A DNA stretch of 64,000 bases from Podarcis muralis (taxonomy: Eukaryota). The translations under genes were made by a program, and so were the position numbers. Shown one piece after another: positions 60,161 through 64,000 of this stretch. The stretch lies in NCBI RefSeq assembly GCF_964188315.1, contig NC_135657.1, positions 68,386,001 through 68,450,000 of the forward strand, in the 5' to 3' direction. The notes below the pieces were generated by a model that did no database searches, was not told the origin of the DNA, and saw only the letters and a program-made list of their open reading frames with translations. Every line of letters starts with the position of its first letter. Positions within the stretch are counted from its first letter, which is position 1.

Positions 60161-62502
60161 GAGAACGGGGCCCGACAGGCCTCTGTACAGCACAGAGGGT
60201 TCTTTTTAAAATGTTTTAAAATTATTCTTTTATCCTTTTAAATTCTTTTTTTAGCTTAAATGTTTAGTTGTGGTTAGGGATTTGCTTAAATTTAGTATGA
60301 GTGTTGTTTATTATAATTATTTTTAGTTTCTATTGTTTTATTGGTTTTTTGTTTAGTTTGTATTTTGTTTTTAAGGGGCGGGGTGGGCCCCAGCCAACAG
60401 AATGGCTGGGGCAAGTTCCATGGGGGGGGGGGAGGGATGTACTGGGACAACCGATCTCAGTGATCACGGGTAGGAGGAGGAGTTACACTAAGACCTGACC
60501 ATGTCATTAGAGAGGAAGCAGATTTAGTTGCTGTTTGAGGACTATTCCTGCCTCCAGGTCTGGTCTTGACCAGATGGATACTGGAATCAGCAAAGGATAC
60601 CCACATGACCTGAAGGTGCAGCTGTGCAATGCCAAGTCAATGATTCACAAGACCACTACCATCCATGTCTTGATCGTGGGTGGAGGAATTGATCTGACAT
60701 GTGTGACAGAAACTTGGTTGGATGAAGCAGATGGTCCTGTTCTTGCCGCTGCTTGTCCACCAGGTTTCTCTTACGCACAGTAACCCAGGTCATGGGGGGG
60801 GGGGTTGCGGTGATTTTTAGGAAGTCATTAGCTTGCACCAGGCGTCCTATTGGGAAGACTCAGTTTTCTGAGTGCATGTTATGGAACTTGGGCAATAGGG
60901 GCAGTACAGGATTCCTTTTGGTGTACCGACCTCCCCGCTGCACCAAGGATTCCCTGCCCGAGCTGCTTCAGGTCGTGGCGGATGTTCTCCTGCAGACACC
61001 TGATTTGGTTGTCCTGGGGGATTTTAACATCCACACCGACACGACCTTGCAAGGGGCCGCTCAGGACTTTGTGGAAAGCATGGCCTCCATGGGGCTGTCC
61101 TTAAATAAGTTTGGCCCAAGTCATAGTCGCGGACATGCCTTAGACCTGGTGTTCACCTCTATGGATGTGGGTGACCTGACACTACGTAAAAGCGAAACAA
61201 AAGAAGTGCCATGGTCAGATCACTTCCTGGTGCAACTGGACTTCTCCGTGACCTCTGCAGGGAGGTGGGACCGATTCAGATGGTCCACCCCCTGCACTTA
61301 ATGGATCCAAATGGTTTCCAGAGAGTGGTAGGGGATGTTTTATCCCATGTTGATGGCCTTTCAGCTGATTCCCTGGTGGCCCGCTGGAATGTTGAGCTAA
61401 CCAAGGCTATTGGCTGTCTGGCTCCGAAGCGCCCTCTCTGATTGCATGGAGCCTGGACAGCCCCTTGGTTTTCCCCAGAGCTGAGGGCAATGAAACAATC
61501 ACTGAGACGGCTAGAGCACTGGTGGCAGAAAACTCACTCTGAATCTGAGCGGATATGGGTTAGAGCTCAACATTGAGTCTACCAAGTGGCGACAGTGACA
61601 GCGAAGAAGACCTTCTTTACTGTCTCTGTTGCATCTGCAGAACACAGCAGCAGGAGACTCTTTCAGGTGGTTCACAATTTAATGGAACCACCTGTGCCAC
61701 CAGGGCCCGGTAAAGGCCCCAATATCTTCTGCAATGACTTTGCAAAGTTCTTTGCAGATAAAGTCTCTCAGATTCAGAATGAGGTAGACGCCACAGTGGT
61801 AGCAGGGCCTGGGCGGGAGAGTGCTAGAGTCCTGTCTAGTCAAGTTGTATGGGATCAATTCCAATCTGTTACCTCCGAGGATGTGGACAAGCTGCTTGGA
61901 TGAGTGAAACCAACCACCTGTCTCCTTGATCCTTGCCCATCCTGGCTAATAAAAGCGAGCTGCGAAGGGCTGGGCAATGGGCTCTGCAGGGTGATGAATG
62001 CTTCCCTCGGTGAGGGAGCCTTCCCAGACCCACTGAAAGAGGCAGTCATTAAACTGCTTCTTAAAAAAAAATCTTTAGATGGCCAACTATCGCCCAGTCT
62101 CAAATCTTCCATTCTTGGGCAAGGTGATTGATCGGGTAGTTGCTGAACTCCAGGCACACCTGGAGGATGCGGACCATTTGGATCCCTTCCAGTCAGGATT
62201 CAGACCTCATCATGGGACTGAAACTGTCTTGGTCACACTGGTCAATGATCTCCAGTGGGCTAGGGACAAAGTTGAAAGCTGTTTCCTAGTTCTGCTGGAT
62301 CTCTCAGCGGCCTTTGATACCATCTACCACAGCATCCTTCTGGACTGTCTAGAGGGGCTGGGAGCTGGGGGCACTGTTATACAGTGGTTCCGCTCTTTCT
62401 TCCTGGGCCGTATTCAGAAAGTGGTATTGGGGGATGTGTGTTCAGACCCTTGGGCTCTCACTTGTGGAGTGCCTCAGGGTTCCGTCCTCTCCCCCATGCT
62501 TT
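60161..62502 (+). mobile_element. L2/CR1-group LINE (EN + RT), degenerate, truncated by L1
   Basis: APE endonuclease motifs (VTETWL, LGDFNIH, GHALDLVF, SDHFLV) and RT motifs (NYRPVSNLPFLGK, LLDLSAAFDT, GVPQGSVLSP) spread over several frames. Confidence 0.85.
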
Positions 62503-64000
62503 TTTTATAATTTTTTTTATTGGTTTTTCACAGTTTTTATAAACACAAACAATACACAATACAAACAGACAAACACGCAAACAAACATGTATAATTTCAT
62601 AACCCTTTTTCTTAAACCTTACTTCGCCGACTTCCCCATACCTCCCCTTTCTACCTCCCAATTTCCAAAATTGTTTCAGCAAATCCTAACACTTGGTTTT
62701 ATCAAAATTTTCCCTTATTTTTTTTCTTTTACTTTAATCTTTTACAGCTGTAATCCCCTTTTTCCCCTAAAACCTCAACATTTTAGCACTCATTAATTTT
62801 ACAATGTTTCTTAAGATAAACTTTAAATTTCTTCCAATCTTCTTCCGCCGTCTCTTTCCCCTGATCATGGATTCTGCCGGTCATTTCAGCCAGTCCCATA
62901 TAGTCTATCACCTTCATCTGCCATTCTTCCAGAGTGGGTAGCTCTTGAGTCTTCCAATGCTTTGCGATGAGTACTCTTGCTGTTGTGGTGGCGTACATAA
63001 AAAAAATTCTATCTTTCTTTGACACCAATTGGTCGACAATGCCCAAGAGAAAGGCCTCTGGTTTCTTAGGGAAGGTACATTTAAGTACCTTTTTCATTTC
63101 ATTATATATCATTTCCCAGAAAGCCTTAATCTTCGGGCACGTCCACCAAAGGTGATAAAAAGTACCTTCAGTTTCTTTACATTTCCAACACTTATTATCA
63201 GGCAAATGGTAGATTTTTGCTAGCTTGACTGGGGTCATGTACGACCTATAGATGATTTTCATAATATTTTCCTTTAAGGCATTGCATGCCGTAAATTTCA
63301 AACCGGTGGTCCACAACTGTTCCCAGTCAGCAAACATAATGTTATGACCAATGTCCTGTGCCCACTTAATCATAGCTGATTTAACTGTTTCATCTTGTGT
63401 ATTCCATTTCAGCAACAAGTTATACATTCTAGACAAATTCTTGGCATTGGGTTCTAACAATTCTGTTTCTAATTTTGATTTCTCCACCTGGAAGCCATTT
63501 TTCCTGTCTTGGTTATAAACCTCCATTATTTGATAATAATGGAGCCAGTCTCGTACTTTGGTCTTCAATTTCTCATGACTCTGTAAATTCAATTTATCAC
63601 CCTCTTGTTCCAAAATTTCCCAATATTTTGGCCATTTAGCCTCCATATTGAGTTTTTTCACAGCTTTAGCCTCCATTGGCGACAGCCATCTTGGAGTTTT
63701 ATTTTCCAACAAATCTTTATATCTGGTCCAGACATTATATAACGCTTTCCTAACAATGTGATTTTTAAAAGCTTTATGAGATTTAACCTTGTCATACCAT
63801 AGATATGCATGCCATCCAAATACATTATTAAAACCTTCCAGATCCAAGATATCTGTATTCTCGAGGAGCATCCACTCTTTCAACCAGCAAAAAGCTGCTG
63901 ATTCATAATAAAGTTTTAAGTCCGGCAGGGCAAATCCCCCTCTTTCCTTTGCATCCGTTAAAATCTTAAATTTTATTCTGGGTTTTTTGCCCTGCCAGAC
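62503..64000 (-). mobile_element. L1/Tx1-clade LINE 3' part (ORF2 C-terminus, 3' UTR, A tail)
   Basis: Open ORF to the stop at 62783 with the CCHC knuckle CWKCKETEGTFYHLWWTC; T-rich tail at ~62503-62520 on the plus strand. Confidence 0.88.

Overview
Eukaryotic genomic DNA from a squamate reptile, probably a lacertid-like lizard (inferred from Sauria SINEs plus Bov-B LINE fragments). The window is syntenic with the human FAM162B-KPNA5-ZUP1 region. It contains, in order: the last two coding exons of FAM162B (+); a complete 14-exon KPNA5/importin alpha-6 gene (-, 539 aa); ZUP1/ZUFSP (+); an intact intronless DHRS1-like gene with its own CpG island (-); and two tandem SULT3A-like amine sulfotransferase copies (+). 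Copy A has a 5-nt frameshift; copy B is open but runs off the window. Most notable: (1) a ~1.95 kb near-perfect Penelope-like palindrome in ZUP1 intron 1 with a minimal hammerhead-ribozyme motif in each arm, one in the host-sense orientation; (2) ZUP1 appears to lack the exon encoding ZnF1-3 and to start from an in-frame ATG in the CpG-island exon; (3) the DHRS1 retrogene. All exon calls and alignments were made by eye. Orthologue comparisons are from memory, not from a database search.
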